Shown here piece after piece: positions 1 to 8,834 of a DNA stretch of 55,750 nucleotides. Each line of letters starts with the position of its first letter. Positions within the stretch are counted from its first letter, which is position 1. The notes under the pieces are model-generated. The model searched no databases. It saw only the letters and a program-made list of their open reading frames with translations, and was not told the origin of the DNA. Origin of the DNA: Candidatus Micrarchaeota archaeon (GTDB lineage Archaea > Micrarchaeota > Micrarchaeia > Micrarchaeales > CABMGC01); assembly GCA_027315135.1 (NCBI GenBank), contig DAHUYR010000021.1, positions 1-55,750 of the forward strand, given 5' to 3'. A program made the position numbers and the translations under genes.

Positions 1-117
1 TCAGGATATTTTCAATTGCCAATATCAACAAACACTATTATTATGTTAGTCGTGCTTGTGATTCTCGTAGTGGGGTTCATACTTTACAGAAGGCACCTGA
101 AAAACAAATATGCTTAA
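1..117 (+). CDS. 3' end of a membrane-anchored protein (partial)
   Basis: Frame 1 reads SGYFQLPISTNTIIMLVVLVILVVGFILYRRHLKNKYA*: C-terminal hydrophobic helix plus basic tail; start lies outside the window. Confidence 0.7.
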   Translation, partial: SGYFQLPISTNTIIMLVVLVILVVGFILYRRHLKNKYA

Positions 118-1434
118 TCAGGCGCTGTAAGAGGAGCCTTGTTCAGGTGCAACGGCATTGAACTTATGGTCTTTGTTGATGTAATCTACAAATTCGTCAG
201 CCTTTACCTTCTCCCCATGTACGGCATACACGTTCTTCAATCCCTTAAGGGACTTTACGAAGTTAACCAGATGCGGCCTATCCGCATGTGCTGATATATG
301 GTAAGTATTGACCTCCAGTCCTACCTTTATCGTCTTTTCCTCTATCTGTATCTCCTTCTTGCCATCAAACAGCTCCCGTCCAGGAGTGCCTACTGCCTGA
401 TAGCCTACAAGGATAATCTTATTCTTCGCATCCTTTCCCAGAGTCTGCAAATAGTTTACCACAGGGCCTCCTGTAAGCATGCCGCTTGTAGTTACTATTA
501 TGCTTGATTCGCTGCTGTTTATTATGTTCTTACGCTCCCCTCTAGTCTTTATGACGTTGAAGTTGCTGCTCTTGAACGGATCGTCGTCGTTCATCAGAAT
601 CCTTTTCTGCAGTTCATCCCTGCAGTATATGACATTATGCCTATGTATCCGCATCGCCTTCCCTATCATACCGTCTATGTATATAGGCACCTTCTGCAGC
701 CTTCCCGACTTCATATAATCATCAAGGAGCAGCAGTATCTCCTGCGCTCTTCCCACGGCAAAACTAGGCACTATTGCCTTTCCTCCTCTTGTTATCGTGT
801 CATTAAGACTGCCTACCATCAAGTCCATTGTGGCTTTCTCAGGCTTGAATATATCATCCTTTCCGCTGTAAGTGCTCTCTGTAACGAGCGTATCTGCCTT
901 GAGCCCAAGGTTCGACGCTGGTTCAAGGAGCTTGCTTACCGCAAGGTTGAAATCACCTGTGTACAGCAGCCTTGATTTGCTTGATGATGCTTCTATCATC
1001 GCACTTCCAAGGATATGCCCTGCGGTTAGCAGCCTGAACCTAAGGTTATTTATCTTGAATTCTTTGCCATATTCTACTATCTTATGCTTCTTAGTCATAT
1101 TTGCAAGCCCCTGCTTTGTAACATCTTCAGGGTTTGAAATACGCATATAATCGCTTATAAGCACGTTAGTAAGCTCAAACGTTGGCTTTGTTGCGAATGC
1201 AAAACCTTCGTAGCCCATAGAGTATATGTGCGGAAGGTATCCGCTGTGGTCGAGGTGCGCATGGCTCAATATAATGCCATCTACGCTCTTCAACATCTCT
1301 TTATCCAATACTGGAAATTCTATCTTCTTGCCGAGCTTTATGCCTGCGTCAAGAATCACTTTCGTGTTATCTTCTTCTACCATTATGCAGCTTCTGCCGA
1401 CTTCACCGGCAGCGCCTAGGAATGTAACTTTCAA
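118..1434 (-). CDS. beta-CASP metallo-beta-lactamase ribonuclease (aCPSF2-like, no KH domains)
   Basis: LGAAGEVGRSC, SHAHLDHSG, AGHILGSA, YTGD, TESTY, SAHAD and VHGE motifs; TTG start after GGTGA. Confidence 0.92.
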   Translation of the reverse strand: MKVTFLGAAGEVGRSCIMVEEDNTKVILDAGIKLGKKIEFPVLDKEMLKSVDGIILSHAHLDHSGYLPHIYSMGYEGFAFATKPTFELTNVLISDYMRISNPEDVTKQGLANMTKKHKIVEYGKEFKINNLRFRLLTAGHILGSAMIEASSSKSRLLYTGDFNLAVSKLLEPASNLGLKADTLVTESTYSGKDDIFKPEKATMDLMVGSLNDTITRGGKAIVPSFAVGRAQEILLLLDDYMKSGRLQKVPIYIDGMIGKAMRIHRHNVIYCRDELQKRILMNDDDPFKSSNFNVIKTRGERKNIINSSESSIIVTTSGMLTGGPVVNYLQTLGKDAKNKIILVGYQAVGTPGRELFDGKKEIQIEEKTIKVGLEVNTYHISAHADRPHLVNFVKSLKGLKNVYAVHGEKVKADEFVDYINKDHKFNAVAPEQGSSYSA

Positions 1435-2081
1435 TTCATCACCGAACTATCTTCTTCTTTTTTACTTTCTTCTTTGTTTATTATGGCGATGTCTGCAATG
1501 CTTACTTCTTGCGGCTTCTGGGAGTGCCTGTCGTCCCCACGCTGTGGCTCTCTTCTCCTCCTCTCGCTGCCGCTTATCCTTCTCATCTCGTTGTAATAAT
1601 CATCGAGCTTCTTGTTAGAATCCTTAAGCTGTACAACCATCGTCTCTATCTGTTTGTTCATTTCTTCTATTCTTTTGTCTATGAACTCTACTTTCTTCTT
1701 CAGCCTGTAGCTCTTCGTAGCCTCGCTGAGCTCCTTCTCAATCGCATTTCTCTTCCTGATAAGATCCCTTTCAGCATCGAGAGTGAATGCTTCTGTGGAT
1801 ATCCTGAAATCAATATCATTCTTTCTCTTTCTAAGGTACCTTATGTCCTTTGTCTTTTCATGGCTGAGTTGTGCAAGCTTAGACACTGCTGCTTTTTCAT
1901 CAAGTTTGTAAAGCATCCTGCGCTTCGTCGCCCTTATGATATTGGCTATCGAAGCTCCCTTCTTCCTCTCAACTTCAATCTCATTCCTGAGTTCGTCTAA
2001 CCTGCTCTTCTTCTCATCTTTGTGAGGTGCCGGTGCTGCTTCTGCAGCAGCTTTATCGTTTCCGTTCTCTATTCCGCTCAG
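1431..2081 (-). CDS. Coiled-coil protein (COG1340-like), probable CTG start
   Basis: Charged heptad-rich protein. The frame stays open 55 codons upstream of the tracked ATG (1916) to a CTG overlapping the upstream TGA stop, preceded by AGGCGAT. Confidence 0.7.
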   Translation of the reverse strand: MSGIENGNDKAAAEAAPAPHKDEKKSRLDELRNEIEVERKKGASIANIIRATKRRMLYKLDEKAAVSKLAQLSHEKTKDIRYLRKRKNDIDFRISTEAFTLDAERDLIRKRNAIEKELSEATKSYRLKKKVEFIDKRIEEMNKQIETMVVQLKDSNKKLDDYYNEMRRISGSERRRREPQRGDDRHSQKPQEVSIADIAIINKEESKKEEDSSVMN

Positions 2082-3253
2082 TCTATCGCCTGTTTTGACA
2101 AAAGTAGTTTGTAAACATCTATCAGTTTGTCCGTCATCTTCTCCGAAGAGAAACTGCGTCCTGTATCAATTGCATTTACAATATAAGGTTTAGTATCATT
2201 TAAAACCTTATCTATTTTCTGGGCGCAATGCCTGTAATCTCCTGCACGGAACTTTTCACCATTGAAACCGTTCCTTATCAGCTCCTTTGTCGAGAGATAA
2301 TCTGCTCCGACTACTGGTTTTCCGCAGGCCATCGCCTCTATGGATACTATGCCTTGAGTTTCGAATGTGGACGGCATGCATACCAGGTCCGAAGACGCAT
2401 ACACCTCGGGGAGGGTCCTTTGGTTTACGAACCCTATGAAGTGCACCTTGCTTGCTATGCCTAATTTATGCGCCAGTTCCTTGTAATGCGTTTCAGACGG
2501 GCCCTTGCCTGCAATCACCACCTTTACATGGTCATCCTTGGTCATGAGGAGCTTTGATGCCTTGAGCATCGTTTCTATCCGTTTTTCTGCGGATAGCCTG
2601 CCCACATATAGTATGACCTTGTCTCTTTCCTTTATTCCATACCTTTTCCTTACCCTGCTGCCACTTACTTTGTTGTTGAACTTGGATATGTCTATGCTGT
2701 TAGGCACAACTGAAACATCTCTTATGCCGCTCTTGTAAAGCATATTTTCCACAGTTACTGATGGCGCTATTACACCATCGCATCTCCTATAGAAGAAGCG
2801 TAGGTATTTCTTCATGTAACTGCTTGCAATCTTCTTCACATGCTTGCTCTTCGGATAATAATGCTCCACAATGTACCTGTTGTTCACAAACGTATGGAAT
2901 GATCCTACTACTGGCGTTTGGGACATTCTCCCAGCCATAAGTCCGGAAAATCCCATCGCAAACGGCGTCTGCGCATGTATAACGTCTACTCCAAGAGACC
3001 TGAGCTTTATGGCAGAATTGTACGGGAATATAGCAATACTATACTGCGGATATGGTTTGAAACTAAGCCCTGTATAAAGGAAGGTCTTCTTATCTGAATA
3101 CTCTTTCTTGTTCCTAGGGCTTGCGCTGGCAAACACATAAACATTATGCCCCCTTTTCTCAAGCTCCTTCCTGAAATTTATTATAGAAGTTACGACACCA
3201 TCAACATTGGGCAGATAAGTGTCGGTATAAAAAGCAATACTTAATTTTTCCAT
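2078..3253 (-). CDS. Glycosyltransferase family 4 (GT-B)
   Basis: YTDTYLPNVDGV, VGRLSAEK and ETQGIVSIEAMACGKPVV motifs. Confidence 0.92.
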   Translation of the reverse strand: MEKLSIAFYTDTYLPNVDGVVTSIINFRKELEKRGHNVYVFASASPRNKKEYSDKKTFLYTGLSFKPYPQYSIAIFPYNSAIKLRSLGVDVIHAQTPFAMGFSGLMAGRMSQTPVVGSFHTFVNNRYIVEHYYPKSKHVKKIASSYMKKYLRFFYRRCDGVIAPSVTVENMLYKSGIRDVSVVPNSIDISKFNNKVSGSRVRKRYGIKERDKVILYVGRLSAEKRIETMLKASKLLMTKDDHVKVVIAGKGPSETHYKELAHKLGIASKVHFIGFVNQRTLPEVYASSDLVCMPSTFETQGIVSIEAMACGKPVVGADYLSTKELIRNGFNGEKFRAGDYRHCAQKIDKVLNDTKPYIVNAIDTGRSFSSEKMTDKLIDVYKLLLSKQAID

Positions 3254-3260
3254 GTATACA

Positions 3261-3656
3261 CTAAAGCTTTATGGCTTCTCCTCCTGCTGCCTTTATCTTC
3301 TCTTCTGCCTTCTTGGAAAATGCCTTTGCTGTTATCTTAACAGGTACGCTTATGCTTCCTCTGCTAAGTACCTTGTAATTACGAAGCATTACTTCATTGC
3401 CTTTCCTGAGTTCTTCAATATTCCTCGATATCTCCTCAAGGTTTATCTCCGAATAATTCTTCTTCCTCCAAGGAGCGAATCCAACCTTCCTAATAGAATC
3501 CTTTTCATATACTACTGTATGGGTCCACTTTCCTTTTGTTCCTCCCCTTCCTGTGCCTCCTCTGTCTCCAGAGCCTCTTGCGTTCTTTATGTTTCCTACG
3601 CCCCAGCTCCTGCTTCCGAGGAACTTCCTGCTCTTTTTCTTAATCCTTAATACCAT
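3261..3656 (-). CDS. rpl15: 50S ribosomal protein uL15
   Basis: RKFLGSRSWGVG..RGSGDRGGTGRGG, INL, KVLSRG, AFSKKAEEKIKAAGG. Confidence 0.95.
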   Translation of the reverse strand: MVLRIKKKSRKFLGSRSWGVGNIKNARGSGDRGGTGRGGTKGKWTHTVVYEKDSIRKVGFAPWRKKNYSEINLEEISRNIEELRKGNEVMLRNYKVLSRGSISVPVKITAKAFSKKAEEKIKAAGGEAIKL

Positions 3657-3665
3657 AAAAACACT

Positions 3666-4091
3666 TTATGCCATTCTCTTTATCAATGCATTTATTTCAG
3701 CGCCCCTGTATCCAAGGTCACCGCCAGCCTTATAGTTTTGCTTTATGCTGCGGTATCCCTTTCTAGGAGGGTGCATCCTTATTGGCATTGCAATTACCTC
3801 CTTCGGGCTCTTCTTTCCTGATGAAATTTTCTCAATATCTGCCTTCTCAACCTTCATATCCTTTCTCTTTGCAACAAGCTCCAACGTATCGTTGTCTATC
3901 TCTCCGTAGGTGACGAAGTCGCTGCATTTGTTTATCATGCCTATATTCGACCTGTTCCCATAAAGCAGGATCATGCTGTTTACCCTGTTGAGATTCATTC
4001 TCTTCATGGTCTCCTTTATCTCCTGCCTTACTCCTAAGGTTCCTCTTACTCTTACTATGGCAATTAACTTGTTCTCAAGATTTGTCTTCAT
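3666..4091 (-). CDS. rpl30: 50S ribosomal protein uL30
   Basis: IAIVRVRG..TMKRMNL..VTYGE..RMHPPRKG..GDLGYRG..IN.LI.RM. Confidence 0.95.
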   Translation of the reverse strand: MKTNLENKLIAIVRVRGTLGVRQEIKETMKRMNLNRVNSMILLYGNRSNIGMINKCSDFVTYGEIDNDTLELVAKRKDMKVEKADIEKISSGKKSPKEVIAMPIRMHPPRKGYRSIKQNYKAGGDLGYRGAEINALIKRMA

Positions 4092-4482
4092 AAATAGACC
4101 CGTATAAAGCCATCGCTGTGCTTTGAATAAAATTCTGTAAGTTTATGTATAACTCAAGGTTTTTATATCTTTACTAAAGCAAGCCATCTCTTACTATGCT
4201 ATGTCTTGCTTGCTATTCTCGCACATAATTATATGTTATGAAGAATCTCAGAAGCAAGCGCTGTCTAACTTTCAAATCAAGAAGCCAATTGAAATCCTTA
4301 AATAATTCAAATGTACAACTTTAGATTATTGGCCTCTCTGTTCCGATTTTAGGATGAGAAATAACTTACTTTCTGAAAATCCTTCAGTTATACTATATGC
4401 TTCTTAGTTCATATACTTTTCGGCAAATCTTTAAAAGGCGGCATCTGCATATTGGCATTTACAAGGCATGTACTGCAAGGAA

Positions 4483-4640
4483 CTACTTCTTCCTGTCCTT
4501 CCCTTGCAGATCCTTGAATACGGCTGTGCCAAGTGTCACACCACCCAGAACAGCCCCGGAAGCGATATACACTATCTTTTCTTCAAAACTGACCCATGCA
4601 TGCCGAACATCATATTGCCTATTCCTGTACTACATATGAA
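4483..4640 (-). pseudogene. C-terminal half of a split small Gly-rich membrane-protein gene, with a 1-nt frameshift
   Basis: Reads FICSTGIGNMMFGMHG/(fs)SFEEKIVYIASGAVLGGVTLGTAVFKDLQGKDRKK*; aligns ungapped to the C-half of the 8276-8536 protein. Confidence 0.6.
4607..4627 (+). repeat. 21-bp imperfect direct repeat, left copy (partner 8074-8094)
   Basis: acatcatattgcctattcctg vs acatcacactgcctattcctg, 19/21 identical. Confidence 0.85.
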
Positions 4641-4645
4641 TACGT

Positions 4646-5638
4646 CTATTTATGCATAATCTTCAAAATAAGACTAGCTGCATCTCCAGTCCCGTTTTTG
4701 ATATTGATTTCTGTTTTGCTACTGCTTATACTCTTTATATAATCAATAATCCTATTTGCAGAATCTGCGCTGTTTATACTAAACGCTTTGCCTAGTCTCA
4801 TACGTTCTATTATCTTGGAGTTATTTTCCTTTTCAAGATCGCCATCTGACAGGATAATTATTGGTTTTCCAAGCATAACTGTTTCTTCAATAACGGCCAA
4901 TCCGCCATTCACAATTACTACACTAGAGTCTGCAAATGATAACATTGGTTCTTTAACAAATTCCCACATTTGTCTTTTCTGCCCTATCAGTCCTACCTCA
5001 TATCCTTGATTTGAAAGTTTTTTTGCTATCTTCTCCGACATTTTTATCAAGGAAGCATCAGAGCTTGCAGTCATGCATATAGTGATTTTCTTATGCACAT
5101 TTCTTTTTGTTACCTTACTATCAGGAAGTTGGCGTACCATTGGCCCAACGAAATGCACATTTCCTATTGACTTGTTCATTAAAATTCCATGCACTATGGT
5201 AAGGTCAGGCTGCCTGAGCATAGCCTTGCTGATATGTGCGTATCTTCTATAAACTCCGGAATCGCCTTCTATATAAGAAGGTGTACATATATGGACCAAT
5301 TTTACTTCAAGGTTCTTCAGCATGAAGAGCGAATCAATCTCACCGTCCACAACGACAACTTTTGGTGCCAACTTTTGCAACAATGGTATAACATCGTCAC
5401 ATAACTCAAACATGTCCTTCCAAGGCACCCTTGACTTTGTTTTTTCAGGTTTTTTTATTTCATATATGTTCTTAAGATTGAAATTGCGTAGGAAGTCAAG
5501 TCCATTTGCATAGCTGATATATGCACATTTTAAGCGATGCTTTGTCAGTTCCTCCCCCAAAGCGTAGCCAGGGCTCACATGACCTATGCCCGGCATGCCT
5601 CTCAATAAGAATGCTACATCTATTTTGTCTTCTTCCAT
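4646..5638 (-). CDS. GT-B glycosyltransferase, MurG/GT28-like
   Basis: GIGHV N-terminal motif, HFVGPMVR, VIVNGG..VIEE..LGKPII, E..NS motifs. Confidence 0.8.
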   Translation of the reverse strand: MEEDKIDVAFLLRGMPGIGHVSPGYALGEELTKHRLKCAYISYANGLDFLRNFNLKNIYEIKKPEKTKSRVPWKDMFELCDDVIPLLQKLAPKVVVVDGEIDSLFMLKNLEVKLVHICTPSYIEGDSGVYRRYAHISKAMLRQPDLTIVHGILMNKSIGNVHFVGPMVRQLPDSKVTKRNVHKKITICMTASSDASLIKMSEKIAKKLSNQGYEVGLIGQKRQMWEFVKEPMLSFADSSVVIVNGGLAVIEETVMLGKPIIILSDGDLEKENNSKIIERMRLGKAFSINSADSANRIIDYIKSISSSKTEINIKNGTGDAASLILKIMHK

Positions 5639-7116
5639 ATCTGCAAGCCTCTGCTACCATTTTTATCAAGGACAAATCCATAGTCATTTAAACAAGTGCT
5701 AATGGCCTGTTCTGCACTGCTGTTTGTTGCCAAGTGCATTGGATGCAGTATATGCTCTTCCCTAAAAAATCTCGTGGTGAGAGCGATTGCACCTCCATTC
5801 TCTACCAAATTTGCAAGTTTAGAAAGCATATCGATTGGTCTAGGAACATGTTCAAGCACATCTGTGCATATCACAAAGTCAAAATCTCTTTTTGTATCGA
5901 TACTCTTACTAATCTCAACGTTAATTCCTTTCCTTGATGCGTACCATCTAACATAGTTAAGAAGTGAATCTGATATATCTACACATGTGGCTCTACAACC
6001 TTTTCCAGCAAGCGTAAAAACGCTATTTGCAAGGCCGCAGCCATAGTCAAGGACAGTTTCATAATTCTCGACAAGTGCGTAATTGTTGATTTCATTATCC
6101 TGCTTGCTCCAATCATCAGAGAGATGGGCAATGGCCAGGTCAAATATATAATTTCGGCTGTTTTCATAGAATTCTACGATTTCCTTTTCCGTTACTGGAA
6201 ATTTCTTAAGCCACTCGTTTCTTACCAGGATAGGGCCTATCATAATATTCTCTATGGTGTCGTTTAATTCCCATTTCAGATATAAGCTTAGTTCTTTAAC
6301 AAGGGCATATTTTTCTGGATTGGAGAGGATACCTGATTTAAATACACCCTTACATCGTTCGCAAAAGATCTCGTTTACCACTACATTTACATTGCAGAGT
6401 TTGCATTTCATCTCAATATTCTCATTCAAGAAGTTCAATATATTGTTTATACTGTCAAGATTGCCTATTCTAAATGTGTAGCCTTTATCAGGATTCACAC
6501 CTAGCCTATCAATAAAACAAAACGGAATGCCGAACTGCATGCACGCACCATCAGCTTCCAATTCATTGCCTATCATTACGGTCTCTTTGGGTTCAATATG
6601 TGTTTTTTCAATCACAAGCCTGAACATCCTTCCAGATTCCTTGTCGGCTTGCATCTCGCCTGTTATAAAAATATCCTTGAAATAAGAATCTATGCCAAGA
6701 CGCTTAAGCATTGCTCTTACAATCCTGCCTTCTCCCCTACTGACCACATACATATCATATTTATTTGCCATATCTGATAGTATTGCATCTGCACTGTCAA
6801 GCAATTTGATATTATCAAGCCTATGTCGCTCCATCTTATCTTTAAACAGTTTTTCCTGTTCTTCAGATAGGCTTATTCCAAGATATTTCCCCAGCCTTCT
6901 CATGACAAAATCCATGCCACCGTGCATCTTCTGACTCTTATTATTCACTTGATCATAATCATTTACGGCTCTGCTGAATGCTTCAGCGAACTCTTCGGCG
7001 CCTATATTAAATCCAAAATCAATCATTGCTTTATAAGCTGCACGATCCACAGTACTCTTCCAACTCTCGTTATCAATCAGCGTTCCACCAATGTCAAAGA
7101 GTATTGTTTTTAGCAT
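5620..7116 (-). CDS. Fusion protein: HAD-like hydrolase, CxxC-CxxC zinc ribbon, class I SAM methyltransferase
   Basis: ILFDIGGTL, MIGNELEAD; CKLC..CERC; VLDYGCG, VDIS, FDFVICTDVLEHV. Confidence 0.85.
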   Translation of the reverse strand: MLKTILFDIGGTLIDNESWKSTVDRAAYKAMIDFGFNIGAEEFAEAFSRAVNDYDQVNNKSQKMHGGMDFVMRRLGKYLGISLSEEQEKLFKDKMERHRLDNIKLLDSADAILSDMANKYDMYVVSRGEGRIVRAMLKRLGIDSYFKDIFITGEMQADKESGRMFRLVIEKTHIEPKETVMIGNELEADGACMQFGIPFCFIDRLGVNPDKGYTFRIGNLDSINNILNFLNENIEMKCKLCNVNVVVNEIFCERCKGVFKSGILSNPEKYALVKELSLYLKWELNDTIENIMIGPILVRNEWLKKFPVTEKEIVEFYENSRNYIFDLAIAHLSDDWSKQDNEINNYALVENYETVLDYGCGLANSVFTLAGKGCRATCVDISDSLLNYVRWYASRKGINVEISKSIDTKRDFDFVICTDVLEHVPRPIDMLSKLANLVENGGAIALTTRFFREEHILHPMHLATNSSAEQAISTCLNDYGFVLDKNGSRGLQIWKKTK

Positions 7117-8070
7117 TCAATCCCTCAAAATGCCCTTGAAAAGTTTTAATGTGATACTAGGGTCTGTAGAATAATGAAACTCATGGCCTATTGAAGGCAG
7201 TTGCTTCAAGCCTTCTAGCTTGCTTTGTAACATATCATCTCTTTCTTTATCTGTGAATACCTGCATGAACCAATCTCTGTGCAGCGGTTTGAAAGAATTC
7301 TGCAAAATTCCTGCAATTTCATATCTCTCTTCCAAGTTAAAAACCGGATGCACTACTATGCTTATCTTGTTAGACATATCTCTGACCGAAAGATAAGCTG
7401 ACATCTCCACATATCTGTCAATATCTAGTTTTAGACCTACATATCTTCCTGCGTTTTTCCTTATCTGCGCAAGAGTGCTTATGGAATAGCTCCTGCCATT
7501 CTCTATCATGCTTCTGTCCTCAGATATTAACTGTATCGGCATCTTTGCATTTATCAGTTGCAACAACAAGGTTGTTTTGCCCTTCCCCGAATCGCCATTA
7601 ACCAGTATGCCTTCAGAACCATGGTTTATTGTTATTGCATGAATTACCGGTCTCGTAGTGGCAAGCTGTATTAATTCCAAAACCCCAACAGTGAAAATCC
7701 GGTAATCCACATCCATGAGAAGCTTGACATCTAAAATTTCATCTTTCCTATCTACTAAGATGTATCCATCACGCTTTGGCACATAGTACACTACCTTATC
7801 CTTGCCAATTTGCTTTACCTCCCAATCTACTGGTTTATCTATACCTCTATACTCAGTTTTAGATGCTGAAGTAAACGCGCCCCTGCCAATACTACTTTCT
7901 TTAGAAACAATACCTATGTTTATCTTGGCAGGCAAATCAAATAACCTTCCAGATCTTCTGTCCATAGCTTGCAAGAAGCTGTCAATTCTTTCATGCAATT
8001 CATTACTTCCTCCATAATGGGTAATTGTTGCCTCGCCAATTTTGGAAGTGATACTGGTGCTTTTAAACAT
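7117..8070 (-). CDS. HPr-kinase-related P-loop kinase
   Basis: IHA...GILVNGDSGKGKTTL...LISEDR matches the HprK-like motif order (His, Walker A, acidic pair). Confidence 0.75.
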   Translation of the reverse strand: MFKSTSITSKIGEATITHYGGSNELHERIDSFLQAMDRRSGRLFDLPAKINIGIVSKESSIGRGAFTSASKTEYRGIDKPVDWEVKQIGKDKVVYYVPKRDGYILVDRKDEILDVKLLMDVDYRIFTVGVLELIQLATTRPVIHAITINHGSEGILVNGDSGKGKTTLLLQLINAKMPIQLISEDRSMIENGRSYSISTLAQIRKNAGRYVGLKLDIDRYVEMSAYLSVRDMSNKISIVVHPVFNLEERYEIAGILQNSFKPLHRDWFMQVFTDKERDDMLQSKLEGLKQLPSIGHEFHYSTDPSITLKLFKGILRD

Positions 8071-8071
8071 T

Positions 8072-8200
8072 TTACATCACACTGCCTATTCCTGCATCTG
8101 CCATGCTTATGAATGCACCAGACGCTGCAAATTTGCCTGTCTCTGAAAGCAAATGCTTATTTGCACTATATGCATGCTTAAATTTTTGTACAAATTGCAT
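8072..8200 (-). pseudogene. 42-aa ORF, probably the N-terminal half of the split membrane-protein gene (may still be translated)
   Basis: MQFVQKFKHAYSANKHLLSETGKFAASGAFISMADAGIGSVM*; stop is 1 nt before the kinase ATG; ends in the 21-bp repeat. Confidence 0.6.
8074..8094 (+). repeat. 21-bp imperfect direct repeat, right copy (partner 4607-4627)
   Basis: 19/21 identity to the left copy. Confidence 0.85.
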
Positions 8201-8285
8201 TTTATCATAATCAGCCTAGATTTTATGGTTCTTAAAACTATAACTAACATTCGACGATAGTCTACTAACAAGAACTTACTCCTGC
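8128..8285 (+). repeat. ~160-bp direct repeat A (partner 17054-17213)
   Basis: Colinear similarity including an identical 30-mer, gatagtctactaacaagaacttactcctgc. Confidence 0.92.
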
Positions 8286-8536
8286 CTTTGCAATTCCTTC
8301 CGCTCCTTGAAAATGATTATCGCTGCAGTTGCTCCTGCGATGACTATCCCTGTGCCTATTCCTTCGAAAAGTTTTTCAGGAGAGAGGCTATCAATGCCTG
8401 ATTTTCCTGTTCCGAAAGCCGTTACCACTCCTCCTGCAACAGCACCATAAGCTGTAAAAATAAATCCGTCTAACATTATGCGTCTTCTGTTACGGCTATC
8501 CTGTTCCACTTCAGGTTTTAATCGCATGTTAAACAA
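8276..8536 (-). CDS. Small two-helix Gly-rich membrane protein
   Basis: Two hydrophobic Gly-rich segments (TAYGAVAGGVVTAFG; GIGTGIVIAGATAAIIIF) and a charged tail; start may be the ATG at 8527. Confidence 0.7.
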   Translation of the reverse strand: MFNMRLKPEVEQDSRNRRRIMLDGFIFTAYGAVAGGVVTAFGTGKSGIDSLSPEKLFEGIGTGIVIAGATAAIIIFKERKELQRQE

Positions 8537-8567
8537 CGCAACACGTCGTATACTAAATTATTAAACA

Positions 8568-8663
8568 TTGTGTCAAATCACGTTTAAATCCCGAAAACAT
8601 TTAAACATTACAAAAACAAATTGCGGTTATGGTTCTTAATTACATAAGGAAACAATTCTAAAA
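8568..8663 (+). repeat. ~95-bp direct repeat B: promoter plus gene start (partner 18734-18831)
   Basis: ttgtgtcaaat..gtttaaat.ccgaaaacatttaaa.attacaaaaa..atggttctta is shared by both copies. Confidence 0.88.
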
Positions 8664-8775
8664 GCAGGCAACAAACTACCAATTTACACGTTCTTCGTAT
8701 TTGTGGAATTTTAGCTACACATGACGAGGAACAGGAAATAACCAAAACGCACCAGAACTACTGTTCAGGTGTGGG
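8629..8775 (+). pseudogene. Frameshifted 5' remnant of a paralog of the 18795-19475 gene
   Basis: MVLNYI-(fs)-ETILK vs MVLSHIEDAITK; faint similarity continues to LFRCG vs LFKRG. Confidence 0.5.
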
Positions 8776-8793
8776 TATTTTAAATATACTGTA

Positions 8794-8810
8794 CGCTAAA
8801 ACGTTATAAG
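8794..8810 (+). promoter_or_regulatory. Putative BRE/TATA promoter of the pilin gene
   Basis: CGCTAAAACG-TTATAAG about 25-30 nt upstream of ATG 8835; GGTGTA RBS-like sequence follows. Confidence 0.45.
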
Positions 8811-8834
8811 TTATCTAATAGTTGGTGTATACGC

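Noticed and set aside
4100..4480. Second att site (copy of the tRNA-Glu 3' end) at the far island boundary
   Set aside because: No match to GCTCCGGCCGGGATTTGAA found by eye; the region looks like decayed non-coding DNA
4397..4659. Plus-strand 80-aa and Cys-rich 63-aa ORFs as peptide genes
   Set aside because: Better explained as the antisense of the split membrane-gene fragment
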